Notes: generated by a model not told the origin, from the letters alone. DNA of 64,000 nt from Syntrophorhabdaceae bacterium (GCA_963665295.1 OY762209.1:1984001-2048000); one strand, 5' to 3'; positions 44,424 to 54,127 are shown, numbered from the stretch's first letter. Made by a program: numbers and translations.

Positions 44424-45160
44424 GTGATTTTTCAAGATAGCTCACCCACCTGAGGGGTGGTTTTTACAAGATCATTCACCCACCCCTTTTACAAGATCTC
44501 TCACCCACTTTTTCAGGTTCATTCACCCACCCGTACGGCGTCATAAAGAGGTGTCATACTACTTCCCGTTATCTACATTTACGGGAGGCCCTATGGCACG
44601 AAAGGAGTATGCGGTGGTTGATATTGTCGATATTTTGAGAAGGGTCCAAAGCGGATATTCAATACGAGCGATTGCGGCGGCCACGGGGATGGATCGCAAC
44701 ACGCTGAGAAAGTACCTTCGCCTCGCCCAGGAGAAAGGCTTTGCAGAAGGCAGCGATCTGGAGATGATCGCCCGGGAAGTGGTCAAAGAGGTCCAGTCCC
44801 ACCTCCCCGGTCCGGAGAAGTCCTCCGAGCAGGTCCTCCTTCCCCACAAGGAGACCATTGCTTCATGGATAGAAGAACACCTCACTCTCACCAAGATCCA
44901 TATGAAGCTTTCGAGAATGGGAGTCGAAGTGGGCTACCAGAGCCTCTACCGGTTTGTGACGGTCCATATCGGGCTTGCCTCGAAGACTACGGTCCGGATG
45001 GCGGATACGGCGCCGGGGGAGTTCGCAGAGGTCGACTTCGGGAGACTGGGAATAATATATGATCCCCATACCGAGAGAAAGCGGCTCGTCTACGGCCTTG
45101 TGGTCACCCTTAACTCAAGCAGGCACCAGTATGTCCATGTCAGCTTCACCCAGCGGAACG
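44423..45160 (+). mobile_element. IS21-family element, left end plus truncated istA (44593-45160)
   Basis: Four terminal repeats (caagat)N2-3tcacccac at ~44431, 44465, 44490, 44512; HTH, PGEFAEVDFG, SRHQY; truncated by IS3. Confidence 0.85.
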
Positions 45161-45193
45161 TGTCAATGAAAATGAGACACTTCCATCAGATAT

Positions 45194-46192
45194 TTAGTGT
45201 ACCCCGCCATCGCTCGTTGATAATGGCTTATTGATCCAGACGGCGTCAGGCAGTGACGCCGGTTTCGGCATCCTCCCCTTGAACCGTTCCGGATGTTTTT
45301 CATACGCAGCCCGCAGTACGTCCGTACGACCTTCAATGATCCTCAACGCTCTTCCATAATGGACGTCCTCGGGGGTGAGAAGACCTATCCCCGAATGGTA
45401 ATGCTCGGTATTGTACCAGGGGAAGAATGTCTGGCAAAAGGCCCGGGCATCCTCAATGGAGCCGAACCTTTGAGGGAACTCGGGCCGGTACTTCATGGTC
45501 TTGAACTGAGATTCGGAATAGGGGTTGTCATTACTGACCGAAGGCCTCGAATGGCTCTTGGTGACCCCGAGATCGGCCATGAGCAGGGCGACGGGTTTCG
45601 ACGTCATACTCGACCCCCTGTCCGCATGGATCAGGAGCTTACCGGGCTCTATCATTTGCTTCTCGCAGGTCTCCGCGATCAGTTTGCGAGCAAGGGCGGC
45701 AAGTTCCCTGTGGGCCACCATCCACCCCACCACATAGCGGCTGTAGATGTCGAGGATCACATAGAGGTAGTAGTAGGTCCATTTTACGGAACCCTTGAGC
45801 TTCGTGATATCCCAGCTCCACGCCTCGTTGGGCGCCTTCGCGAGGATCTCCGGTTTTGCGTACCGGGGACGGGAGACCTGCCTCCTCCTTTCTTTCAGCT
45901 CACCTTCTTCTTCAAGGATCCGGTACATGGTGCGCACTGAACAGAGATAGCTCTTCTCGTCCAGGAGGGCCGCGTAGATTTCCCGGGGTGCTTTATCGAT
46001 GAAGCGGTCCGAATGAAGGATATCAAGTACATCGTTCCGTTCCCCGAAGGAGAGGGCCAAGGGAGAGAGACGGTTCAAAGGTTCCTTCTCTTTCGGATGC
46101 TGCCACCGGTAAAAGCCCGCACGGGATACGTCGAGGGCGTTGCAGGCAGGGCGGATACCCACTTCATGGGCAAGCGATTGCGTGATGTTCAT
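45194..46192 (-). CDS. IS3 transposase OrfB (rve DDE)
   Basis: WSWDIT, LDIYSRYVVGW, HADRG, DNPYSES. Confidence 0.92.
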   Translation of the reverse strand: MNITQSLAHEVGIRPACNALDVSRAGFYRWQHPKEKEPLNRLSPLALSFGERNDVLDILHSDRFIDKAPREIYAALLDEKSYLCSVRTMYRILEEEGELKERRRQVSRPRYAKPEILAKAPNEAWSWDITKLKGSVKWTYYYLYVILDIYSRYVVGWMVAHRELAALARKLIAETCEKQMIEPGKLLIHADRGSSMTSKPVALLMADLGVTKSHSRPSVSNDNPYSESQFKTMKYRPEFPQRFGSIEDARAFCQTFFPWYNTEHYHSGIGLLTPEDVHYGRALRIIEGRTDVLRAAYEKHPERFKGRMPKPASLPDAVWINKPLSTSDGGVH

Positions 46193-46587
46193 GACTTCTC
46201 CTCGCTCGACCCCTTGAGCAGCTCGGCCACTTTTTTTTGGACCTCGATAATGAGCTCCGCCTGTTTCAGTTTATGGGTGAGCCTCGTGTTCTCCTTTTCC
46301 AGTTCGATGGTGCGACGGATAAGGGGATCAGGCTTTTGTGTGACGGGTCCTCTCTTTTTCGGGATGAGGCCCTGGTGAACCTGACGCCGCCATGAGGTGA
46401 GGCTCGATGAATAAAGTCCCTCTCTGCGCAGAAGCGCCCCTATCTCACCCTTCCCGGTACAGTTCTCCACCTCCTTGAGGATACGGAGCTTGTACGCCGC
46501 GGTGAATTTCCGGCGAACTGCCTTTTCCGGTACTTCCGGATCGGGGACTACCCTTGGTGATGCCATGACTGATTTCTTTTCTTCCAC
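46189..46587 (-). CDS. IS3 transposase OrfA
   Basis: RRKFTAAYKLRIL, LLRREGLYSS; A8G frameshift site near 46230. Confidence 0.88.
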   Translation of the reverse strand: MEEKKSVMASPRVVPDPEVPEKAVRRKFTAAYKLRILKEVENCTGKGEIGALLRREGLYSSSLTSWRRQVHQGLIPKKRGPVTQKPDPLIRRTIELEKENTRLTHKLKQAELIIEVQKKVAELLKGSSEEKS

Positions 46588-46656
46588 GATCGTTCTTTCC
46601 TTCCCGCCCCCAAGAGTCTAAACTATTGGGTGGGAAGTGTCTCACTTATATTGGCA

Positions 46657-47534
46657 CGGAGGGAATATTGAACGGTTCCTCTCTCATCTTTTCGAACAAA
46701 ATCAAGATCGAGACCTTGCTCTGTCAGAGTTTTTGCGTAGTAACCATCAAGTGTCATTTTGTCCGAAAATTCACGCAAATATGTCTCATAGGCTGATGTC
46801 GCAGATTTTGCTCGTTCCTGTTTCCATCTCCATTGGCCTGTTGAAGGTTCTATGTCAAACAGCTTATATCTCATCGTAGGACGGTCTGTTCCTCTCCAGA
46901 AAGTATCCCATTTCCCGGACTGCTCAAAGGCGAGGTTATGTTGAAGTCGAGACAGCCGAAATCCAGAAGTTTTGGAATAGCAGTAGATTATGTCATGACC
47001 ACTCGCAAGACTGTCAACTGTGTCAAATTGAGCTTGTACATTTTTAATCCCACGCCTCACTACAATTGCATTCCTAAAATAACCAAAAATTTCATCAAGC
47101 AGGAGACGTAAATGGCCAGATTCTTCGTGGCCAATCTGAACAAATATAAGGCCATCCTCGCGAAGCATCTCCTTTAACAGACTCAGCCTCGGATACATCA
47201 TGCAAAGCCATTTGTCATGACGGGAAAGATCCTCTGCTTCGCCACCAACCACCTTTCCCAACCATTTTCTGATCTCGGGACTATTTACGTTGTCGTTATA
47301 TATCCAGTTCTCATTTCCCGTATTGTACGGGGGATCGATGTAAATGCACTTTACCTGCCCCGCATAGTATGGCAAGAGAGCCTTAAGGGCCACCAGATTA
47401 TCCCCCTGGACAATGAGATTGCCACTGCCCGGCTCCCCGACCGAGAGTCCGGACTCCTCCCGCAAAAGATGAAAAGGCACTTCGTTGTGGTGGTTTATAA
47501 CAGCCTTTTTTCCTATCCAATCAAGCGTGGCCAT
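46657..47534 (-). pseudogene. Type III Mod (N6-adenine methyltransferase), N-terminal fragment
   Basis: QGDNL..L, YIDPPYNTG, HDKWLCMMYPRL; ends at the IS3 IR; FxGxG motif absent. Confidence 0.88.
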
Positions 47535-47677
47535 TTATTCCTTTCAAGTCCTTACATCGAATTTTGTCGCTACATGATAACAAGAAAGGGCAGTATTGTC
47601 ATTTACTTCTTGACGGAAGGACAACTTGAAGCGACGTCTTGCCCACGCCTTAGGCGCGGAAAAGACCAACCGCCTTT

Positions 47678-48643
47678 TCAGACTCGAAATAAGGAAAGTT
47701 GTTCTCCGCGAGAGCTTTGTTGCGAGCAAGCTTCTACGAAATGGCTTTGTATGTCGTCGTATCTTTGAAAGTAAACCTTCAGCTGCGCCTTTTGGGAATC
47801 GACCCATTTAGCTTCGTCGATTTCGACAAGCTTCTCACACGCTTCTATTACCCATTCCTTCTTCGGACTTTTTGGCTGACGATCCATACCATTGCACAGT
47901 CTCTTAAATGAGAATCCGTCATGCAGTATCTCCACTATCTTATCGATTTCAAGAGTTACCTCCAACTTCTGTTTCTTGCGCAGGGTTCTGAACTGGGGCT
48001 TCTCAGAAACCATCTCCAAGACCACGTGTGTCCAGATGAGCTGGAGTAGATATGGAAGCGGAGGGGGCGCATCGCAAAGCTTGACCATGGAGTATATGCC
48101 AACAAAGATACTCATTGGGACCGGGACGCCGTTAGTCAACTCTTGGTTAATATTCGAATCGCTTAGGTTCCCCTGCAACTTCTGAAAGAAAAAGAATGGT
48201 CTTCTCTCGTCAGACCTATTGAACTGAACCACAACAAACGGCCGCTGAAAACCAATCTCCTTTGCGTCGCTTTTCTCTTTGAAGAACTGTAGCACTGCCA
48301 TTGCCCTTGTTTGATGTAGTAGTAAGACTATATCGTGAGCTTTTACCTTCTTAGACTCACAGGGCCATCCCACTAAATCATCATCATAACTCATGAGCTG
48401 ACGAAAGGTTTCTATCCAGAACGCTTGATTCTTGGGAAAGCTTTTCTTCACTTCCCCGATAACGCCGCTGCCTGGAGAAACGAAGATACCGATATCGGGG
48501 GTGACGAAATCAGCCTTGTTTCCATTTGAGTCAATTTTCTTTTCGCCTGAAGGCTCCAGCCGCCCTCCCTGGAAAAGCAGGACATCTGGTCTATTCTTGC
48601 GCGTTGCTTTGTCATATAGATAGAAGTTCATGAACCCGACCAT
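47678..48643 (-). CDS. Putative PD-(D/E)XK nuclease
   Basis: VTPDIGIF...GVIGEVKKS...QLMSYD; the open frame extends about 20 codons upstream to the previous gene's stop. Confidence 0.6.
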   Translation of the reverse strand: MVGFMNFYLYDKATRKNRPDVLLFQGGRLEPSGEKKIDSNGNKADFVTPDIGIFVSPGSGVIGEVKKSFPKNQAFWIETFRQLMSYDDDLVGWPCESKKVKAHDIVLLLHQTRAMAVLQFFKEKSDAKEIGFQRPFVVVQFNRSDERRPFFFFQKLQGNLSDSNINQELTNGVPVPMSIFVGIYSMVKLCDAPPPLPYLLQLIWTHVVLEMVSEKPQFRTLRKKQKLEVTLEIDKIVEILHDGFSFKRLCNGMDRQPKSPKKEWVIEACEKLVEIDEAKWVDSQKAQLKVYFQRYDDIQSHFVEACSQQSSRGEQLSLFRV

Positions 48644-48704
48644 AGCGTGAATCGTCTGGATATAGTCATCAATCTCGTCTAAATACCGGTCTTTGGCTTC
48701 GATA

Positions 48705-49814
48705 TCACTCCTCCGTTAGATCTCTGATCCTGCCTTCAGCAAAGGTATCGAAAATGTGATTTATGATCCTCTTGATTGAGGCCACAGTGCCTTTTAGTTG
48801 AGGAACGATAATGACTTGATTAGAATTGAGCACCCAGATGTCGAATGTGCTGCCATCAAAATAGTCAATTATGGAAAGCTGTATATACGGGTTGCCGTGA
48901 ACTACAGAAACGGAAGAAGCGGGAAAATTTTTCATGGCGTCAATAAAATGTATATTTTCGGAAGGCGGACCAAACTGCTCAACCTCGAAGTCAATCACCA
49001 AAGGTCTTACCGAAAGATCGCTCGCTTCTTTTCGACCACGATGTCCAAATATCTCTATATTCTCATAAATCGTCTTACAGACGGGAAGAACTAACGACTT
49101 GAAGACGACCTCTAATAAATGATCAGTTCTGACTATGCCCTGTCGGGTGAACAAGATTTCCGCATAATCCCTGAAGTGTCTTCGGGCTTGAAATTTCACC
49201 GAGTTAAACCATCCATTATTCTCCAGAACCCAGTCAAAGGCCGCATCCAATTCTATCCCAGGCCAACTTACTACCGGCACCGTTCTTTCCTGTCTCTTAC
49301 CCGGCATTATTCTGAATCTGTGATTTGCCTGAGTAACGACGAGTTCCGTAAATTGCTGACTCTCTCTGAAAGTCGTTAGTAGCTTCCTTAATCGCTTGTT
49401 GGCAATAAATGTGGTCAATACCATTGGGTACATTTGCTTCAGCGTCGGCAGCAAAGCCTTTTGGAGAAACCGTGACGGCTCCAGCGTTAAGGCTACAAAA
49501 ATATTGGGATACTCGGGATGGTTATAGACATAAAATCTACCAGTTGCTTTTTGAACTTCTTTGTTCAACTTGTATGAGTAATTTAGGTCAAAAAGACAAC
49601 ACCCGTTATTTTTTCTCACCAGCAATATTTCTCTGGACTTGTGTTTCGATGGAAAATATTCCGCAGGCTGCAACTTAGCGTAAAATGGGATTGCCGTAAC
49701 GTTTAGGCCGTTTTGGGAGAGAAGGCCGTCCATTGCTTCAATAAGCTCATCCCTGTTATGATTTTGACTGTAGAATTGACCCAGAAAATCAATGCCGCTG
49801 GTTCCGTCTGCCAA
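48705..49814 (-). CDS. Hypothetical protein (~369 aa), partner of the nuclease
   Basis: Long AT-rich ORF; TTG start chosen after AGGAG (ORF track gives 49886). Confidence 0.7.
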   Translation of the reverse strand: MADGTSGIDFLGQFYSQNHNRDELIEAMDGLLSQNGLNVTAIPFYAKLQPAEYFPSKHKSREILLVRKNNGCCLFDLNYSYKLNKEVQKATGRFYVYNHPEYPNIFVALTLEPSRFLQKALLPTLKQMYPMVLTTFIANKRLRKLLTTFRESQQFTELVVTQANHRFRIMPGKRQERTVPVVSWPGIELDAAFDWVLENNGWFNSVKFQARRHFRDYAEILFTRQGIVRTDHLLEVVFKSLVLPVCKTIYENIEIFGHRGRKEASDLSVRPLVIDFEVEQFGPPSENIHFIDAMKNFPASSVSVVHGNPYIQLSIIDYFDGSTFDIWVLNSNQVIIVPQLKGTVASIKRIINHIFDTFAEGRIRDLTEE

Positions 49815-49985
49815 TATGCACTCCTGCGAACGGGATGGCTTTTCGTTTACTGCCGCGCTGCCCCTATATTGTAATTTTATACACAATCAATTACGAACTT
49901 AAAGCCATAAATCAAAATAGTCTATTTTTTTCAATATAAATAAAAAGCCCCGCAGGTTCGCGAGGCTGTTTAAGAAGGTTAAAGC

Positions 49986-50690
49986 TTAGCGCCGGAGACT
50001 ATCTCCAAGCCGGTGCCTTTGGTCATTTCTTTGAGCTTTTCGTCGGAGGGCTTTAATGTGGGCGCTGCTTTCCCAGAAAGATTCTGCCAGTTTCTCGTTA
50101 TCGCTGGTGTCATAGAAACTGGCTTCGTCATAGACCCGCGAATAGTCGATATACTTCTCTGTCAGTTCGATGATCGTGCAGACAAGCGTGTGGCCCTTTG
50201 CGTCGGGACTGGGTCTTGCAGAAGAACCCTTCATAACAATGAACGAGGTGTGGAGTACGCTCGTATTGCGCGTAGCCGGAGAGTGCGAGTGTGGCGAGGT
50301 CGAAGGTGAATTGAAGAGTCTCGCATTTCGGATGGATGTCGAGGTGTATTCCCTTTGTCTTGGTATCCACCGAAAACTTGGGCCACCCCTTTCTTGAAGG
50401 CCTTGCGGTAATCCTCCTTGTATTTGGATTCCCAGAGTTTGAAGTAGCCGTTGCAGTCTTTCGAGACCATGGCCGGGGAGTATTCGATGCCTTCCTTTTC
50501 CATTTGCTCTTTGCTCGGGAGATATCCGAAGCCGTATCCCCAGGACGGAGAGAGTTCGCCTTGCACTTCTTCCTCAACGAGCCCGCGGCCCCGGCCGAAC
50601 ATTTGCGATAATTCCTGAAGCTCTTGTATCAAGGCGTCGATTGCTTCAAGGCTCTTCTCCTTCCCTTTGTAACGAATGGTGATTCCCATG
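49986..50690 (-). pseudogene. Hypothetical protein with two frameshifts
   Basis: Pieces MGITIRYKG..., GIHLDIHPKCETL...FCKTQ and H..V...VYDEASFYDT join across three frames. Confidence 0.6.
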
Positions 50691-50839
50691 ATTTTCCCTC
50701 GTTTGAGTGTATTAGGTGCTGATTCCATGGTATAGGGATTGTGATAATAGAAAAGGCGATCAAATATGCCGTCTGAGGAATGTTTTGCATTTCTGTCTCC
50801 CGATCTGTTAAATTCACCAAAACAGAGAAGGAGGCATCA

Positions 50840-51229
50840 ATGGATGATTTTCCGGATTTCGATTCTTTTCAGGATTGTCGTGGGAAGACGATAAGGTTCA
50901 GATATGATCTCATCGATGCGGGAAATGTCTATTCCCTCCGGGCTCGGGAAGTAACGAAGAGCGAATACCCGCGAGTATTTAGTGCTTACGACTCAGCGAG
51001 CCCCTGGAATGCCCTGTACAAGCTGAGAAAGCGCATGCCTCAAGAACTCAATACCCGTTATTTTGCCGAAGAGAAGGGCGAGGCCTTCGCCAGGATGAAT
51101 TTCGATCGTTTCAGGGGAAGCATAACGAGTGATTCGGAGATCCATGAGGCGTGCCTGGCGGTGGACGGGAAGAAGATGAGCATGGCAGACCTGTATATAG
51201 AGGTGCGGGTAACGGAGGAGGGAGAATGA
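50840..51229 (+). CDS. Hypothetical protein
   Basis: AAGGAGG RBS; ATGA-coupled to next gene. Confidence 0.6.
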   Translation: MDDFPDFDSFQDCRGKTIRFRYDLIDAGNVYSLRAREVTKSEYPRVFSAYDSASPWNALYKLRKRMPQELNTRYFAEEKGEAFARMNFDRFRGSITSDSEIHEACLAVDGKKMSMADLYIEVRVTEEGE

Positions 51230-51780
51230 TTATCCGGCTGGGAAATACGCTTGCGAAGAAGATAAAAGAGACGGTGTTGCCGTCTGTGCCTCCGAGCCAC
51301 AACCCATATGCCGACTGGACGGCCCGCCTTTTCACAGCAGACCGGACTCAGTACGTCCTCGTTTCCAATAGCGCTACCCTGTATTCTGTGATTTTCTTCG
51401 GCAAGGGGATTACCGGCGCCAATCAACTAATCAACCGGATGCTCGATAACCTTCGAGACATTACAAAAGAAGATGGATTTGAATCGATATACGAGAACCG
51501 CGTTGCGCCCGAGACCGGAGAAGTGCTTTTCTCGAAGGCCACAAACCGCTCCGTGACCGGCTCGATGAACGAGATGATCTTTCGAGCCAAATGGCATCTC
51601 GCAGATGACGAAATGTCCCCCTTCGATGTCGCGCATCAGCTCAACAAGACCCCGATGTCATACGCGAATGATGGCTACCCGCGAGACGCCTTCGCCGCTT
51701 TGGCCGAGGAGCGAGAAGCTCCGGCAACGGGAAACAACGTCATTTCTTTTCCGGAAGTTCGAAGAAGACCGAAGGATTGA
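51226..51780 (+). CDS. DUF6933-like hypothetical protein
   Basis: MIIR...LAKKIK, DWTARLF, TLYSV, NRSVTGSMNE, LNKTPM. Confidence 0.65.
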   Translation: MIIRLGNTLAKKIKETVLPSVPPSHNPYADWTARLFTADRTQYVLVSNSATLYSVIFFGKGITGANQLINRMLDNLRDITKEDGFESIYENRVAPETGEVLFSKATNRSVTGSMNEMIFRAKWHLADDEMSPFDVAHQLNKTPMSYANDGYPRDAFAALAEEREAPATGNNVISFPEVRRRPKD

Positions 51781-51803
51781 TACTACCATTTACCGATAAC
51801 CAC

Positions 51804-52255
51804 CTAAGGCGCCTGATTCACTGGAATCTCGATAATAATTCTCGCCCCTTTCCCTTCTCCCTCCGATTCCGCCCAGGTGCGGTCGCCATGAGTTTCTATC
51901 ACCAGCTTCACGATATAAAAGCCGAGTCCGGTCCCTTCGCTGTTCATATGTGCCGCATCTCTTCTCGAAAATTTCGCGAACAGGTACGGTATGGCCTCTT
52001 TAGAAATTCCCATCCCGGTGTCTGACACGGTCACTCTGACAACGCCTCGTCGTCTTCCGTCCTGGGTTCGTAACGAGGCACGGGTGCCGGTTCTATCTTC
52101 AAGCCAACTTCTCCTTGGGATGTATATCTAATTGCGTTATCGACAAAATTGAAGACCGTCTCGAAAATCTTCCCCTTATCCAGGATCAATTCGGGCAAGA
52201 CCTCTTTCGGTTCCTCATAAAACAGTTTGAGGCCTTTCTCTTTGGCGGGTTCATG
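51804..52255 (-). pseudogene. Histidine kinase HATPase fragment (frameshifted)
   Basis: AKEKGL...NFVDNAIRYT / VSDTGMGI...GTGLGFYIVK...AESEGEGKG. Confidence 0.75.
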
Positions 52256-52266
52256 GTGTTAGCTTC

Positions 52267-52584
52267 TTACGGTTCGACATGTTGGAATCCCTTCGTCGTC
52301 TTCCTCGGTTTGTTCACCTTCAGCGAAAGCCCGAGCAGCTTGACTACCTTCAGCACGGTAGCGAAGGAAGGGTTTCCCCCGAGCTTGAGTGACTTATAAA
52401 GGCTCTCCCGACCGACCCCAATTTTCTTGGCAATTTCAGTCATACCCTTGGACCGTGCGATATCGCCGAGAACGGCCTGGATGAGCTTGGGGTCGCCATC
52501 TTCAAAGGCGGCTTCAAGGTAACCGATCACGTCTTTTTCGGTTTTTATGTGGTCTGCCATGTCCCATTTCGTTGTTTTCACCAT
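52267..52584 (-). CDS. Addiction module antidote protein (HI1420-like)
   Basis: YLEAAFEDGDP, IARSKGMT, RESLYKSL, NPSFATV. Confidence 0.88.
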   Translation of the reverse strand: MVKTTKWDMADHIKTEKDVIGYLEAAFEDGDPKLIQAVLGDIARSKGMTEIAKKIGVGRESLYKSLKLGGNPSFATVLKVVKLLGLSLKVNKPRKTTKGFQHVEP

Positions 52585-52587
52585 GTG

Positions 52588-52890
52588 TTACACCTCTTCA
52601 AATATTCCTTTCGCTAGCCTCTTAGCTGCGGCAACGTCTTTTCTCTGCGTGCTCTTGTCGCCACCGGCAAGGAGGATTATTATCTTCTTCCCTCGTTGAA
52701 CATAATACACCCGGTAACCGGGGCCGTAGTTGATTTTCAGTTCCATAATACCTTCACCTACCGAATTAACGTCCCCCGGATTGCCATGAGACAAGCGAAG
52801 TATTCTGGTATCGATCCGAGTTTGCGCGTCGAAGTCGGAAAGTCCGTTGAACCATTCCTCGTAGGTTTCGGTTTGTCTAACCTCGATCAC
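52588..52890 (-). CDS. Addiction module killer protein (RelE/ParE, HI1419-like)
   Basis: GNPGDVNSVGEGIMEL, YGPGYRVY, LLAGGDKSTQ. Confidence 0.88.
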   Translation of the reverse strand: MIEVRQTETYEEWFNGLSDFDAQTRIDTRILRLSHGNPGDVNSVGEGIMELKINYGPGYRVYYVQRGKKIIILLAGGDKSTQRKDVAAAKRLAKGIFEEV

Positions 52891-53009
52891 AAATACAGAG
52901 TATCCTATAAGATACGGTAATGTCAAGGGACGCTGTTTGACAGTGGTTCGTTGTCGATGACGCTTACCTCAACGGCCGGGCTCGCAAATGTGGCGTCTAC
53001 GCAACGGCA

Positions 53010-54011
53010 GTGTATTTCGTGCTTTGCAGACATGCCGACAACGTTAATCAAACATGCTTCCCCTCGGTCTCTCTGATTGCGAAGAGGCTCAATACCTCCC
53101 GCTCCACCGTGATCTTGTGGGTAGGCCGCTTCAGAGAACAGGGCCCCTCCGGTTTGTCGGAGGACGCACCCCATGGGCCGAGTTCAAGGCGCCTTAACCC
53201 GGAGATAGTGCGCACCATCGTGGAAGCCACGCTCCATACAACTCCCAAAGATGCTACTCAGTGGTCCACCCGCACCATGGCAAAGGAGAAGGGCGTGAGC
53301 CATGCCACCGTGCAGCGCATCTGGGATGCCCATGGACTACAGCCCCATCGGGTAGAAACTTTCAAGCTGTCCAGAGACAAGAAGTTCGTGGAGAAACTGA
53401 CCGATGTGGTGGGCGTCTATCTCAATCCTCCCGACAAAGCGGTGGTACTCTGTGTGGATGAGAAAAGCCAGGTGCAGGCCCTGGACCGGACCCAGCCGGG
53501 ATTACCGATGAAGAAGGGGCGCTGCGGCACGATGACCCACGACTACAAAAGGAACGGCACTACCTGTCTTTTTGCCGCCCTCAATGTTCTGGAAGGAAAA
53601 GTCATAGGCTCCTGCTATCCCCGCCACAGAAATACCGAATTTCTTAAGTTCCTGCGTACCATAGACCGTCAGGTGCCAAAGGGCCTCGATGTCCATATGA
53701 TTCTCGACAACTACGGAACTCATACCCACCCCAATGTGAAAGCATGGCTCGAAAAACACCCCCGTTTCGTTCCCCACTTTACACCCACAAGCTCGTCGTG
53801 GCTTAACCTGGTGGAGCGCTGGTTCGGGGAGATCACACGAAAGAGAATTCGTCGCGGCATCTTCAAAAGCGTTCAGGAACTGGTGACCGCCATCGAAGAA
53901 TATATTCGCTGCAACAACGAAGACCCCAAACCCTTCGTATGGACCAGGAAGGCCGAGGAGATACTTGAAAAAGTGAATCGCTGTAAAGGCGTTACTGAGA
54001 CACTACACTAG
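53010..54011 (+). CDS. IS630-family transposase with foreign N-terminus; element left end missing
   Basis: CVDEKSQ, DYKRNGT, LDNYGTH, SWLNLVERWF; stop TAG at the element end. Confidence 0.88.
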   Translation: MYFVLCRHADNVNQTCFPSVSLIAKRLNTSRSTVILWVGRFREQGPSGLSEDAPHGPSSRRLNPEIVRTIVEATLHTTPKDATQWSTRTMAKEKGVSHATVQRIWDAHGLQPHRVETFKLSRDKKFVEKLTDVVGVYLNPPDKAVVLCVDEKSQVQALDRTQPGLPMKKGRCGTMTHDYKRNGTTCLFAALNVLEGKVIGSCYPRHRNTEFLKFLRTIDRQVPKGLDVHMILDNYGTHTHPNVKAWLEKHPRFVPHFTPTSSSWLNLVERWFGEITRKRIRRGIFKSVQELVTAIEEYIRCNNEDPKPFVWTRKAEEILEKVNRCKGVTETLH

Positions 54012-54031
54012 CTTAAATAAGACGGCATTTA

Positions 54032-54127
54032 TGGCGGAAGTGCATGGGAATCGAACCCACCTACCAGCTCGTCACCGGTACACTGGTTTTGAAGACCAGG
54101 AGACCCACCAGGCGCCTCGGCACTTCC
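54032..54127 (-). tRNA. selC: tRNA-Sec (UCA)
   Basis: 96 nt; 8-bp acceptor GGAAGTGC/GCACTTCC, anticodon loop CTTCAAA, long variable arm, GTTCGATT, GCCA end. Confidence 0.95.

Larger units (their letters stand above)
45161..46656 (-). mobile_element. IS3-family insertion sequence
   Basis: IRs tgtcaatgaaaatgagacacttcc / tgccaatataagtgagacacttcc. Confidence 0.9.
39616..54058. mobile_element. Degenerate genomic island integrated in selC
   Basis: Flanking tRNA 3' duplication; accessory R-M/TA/IS content; visibly AT-richer segments; no integrase retained. Confidence 0.85.
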
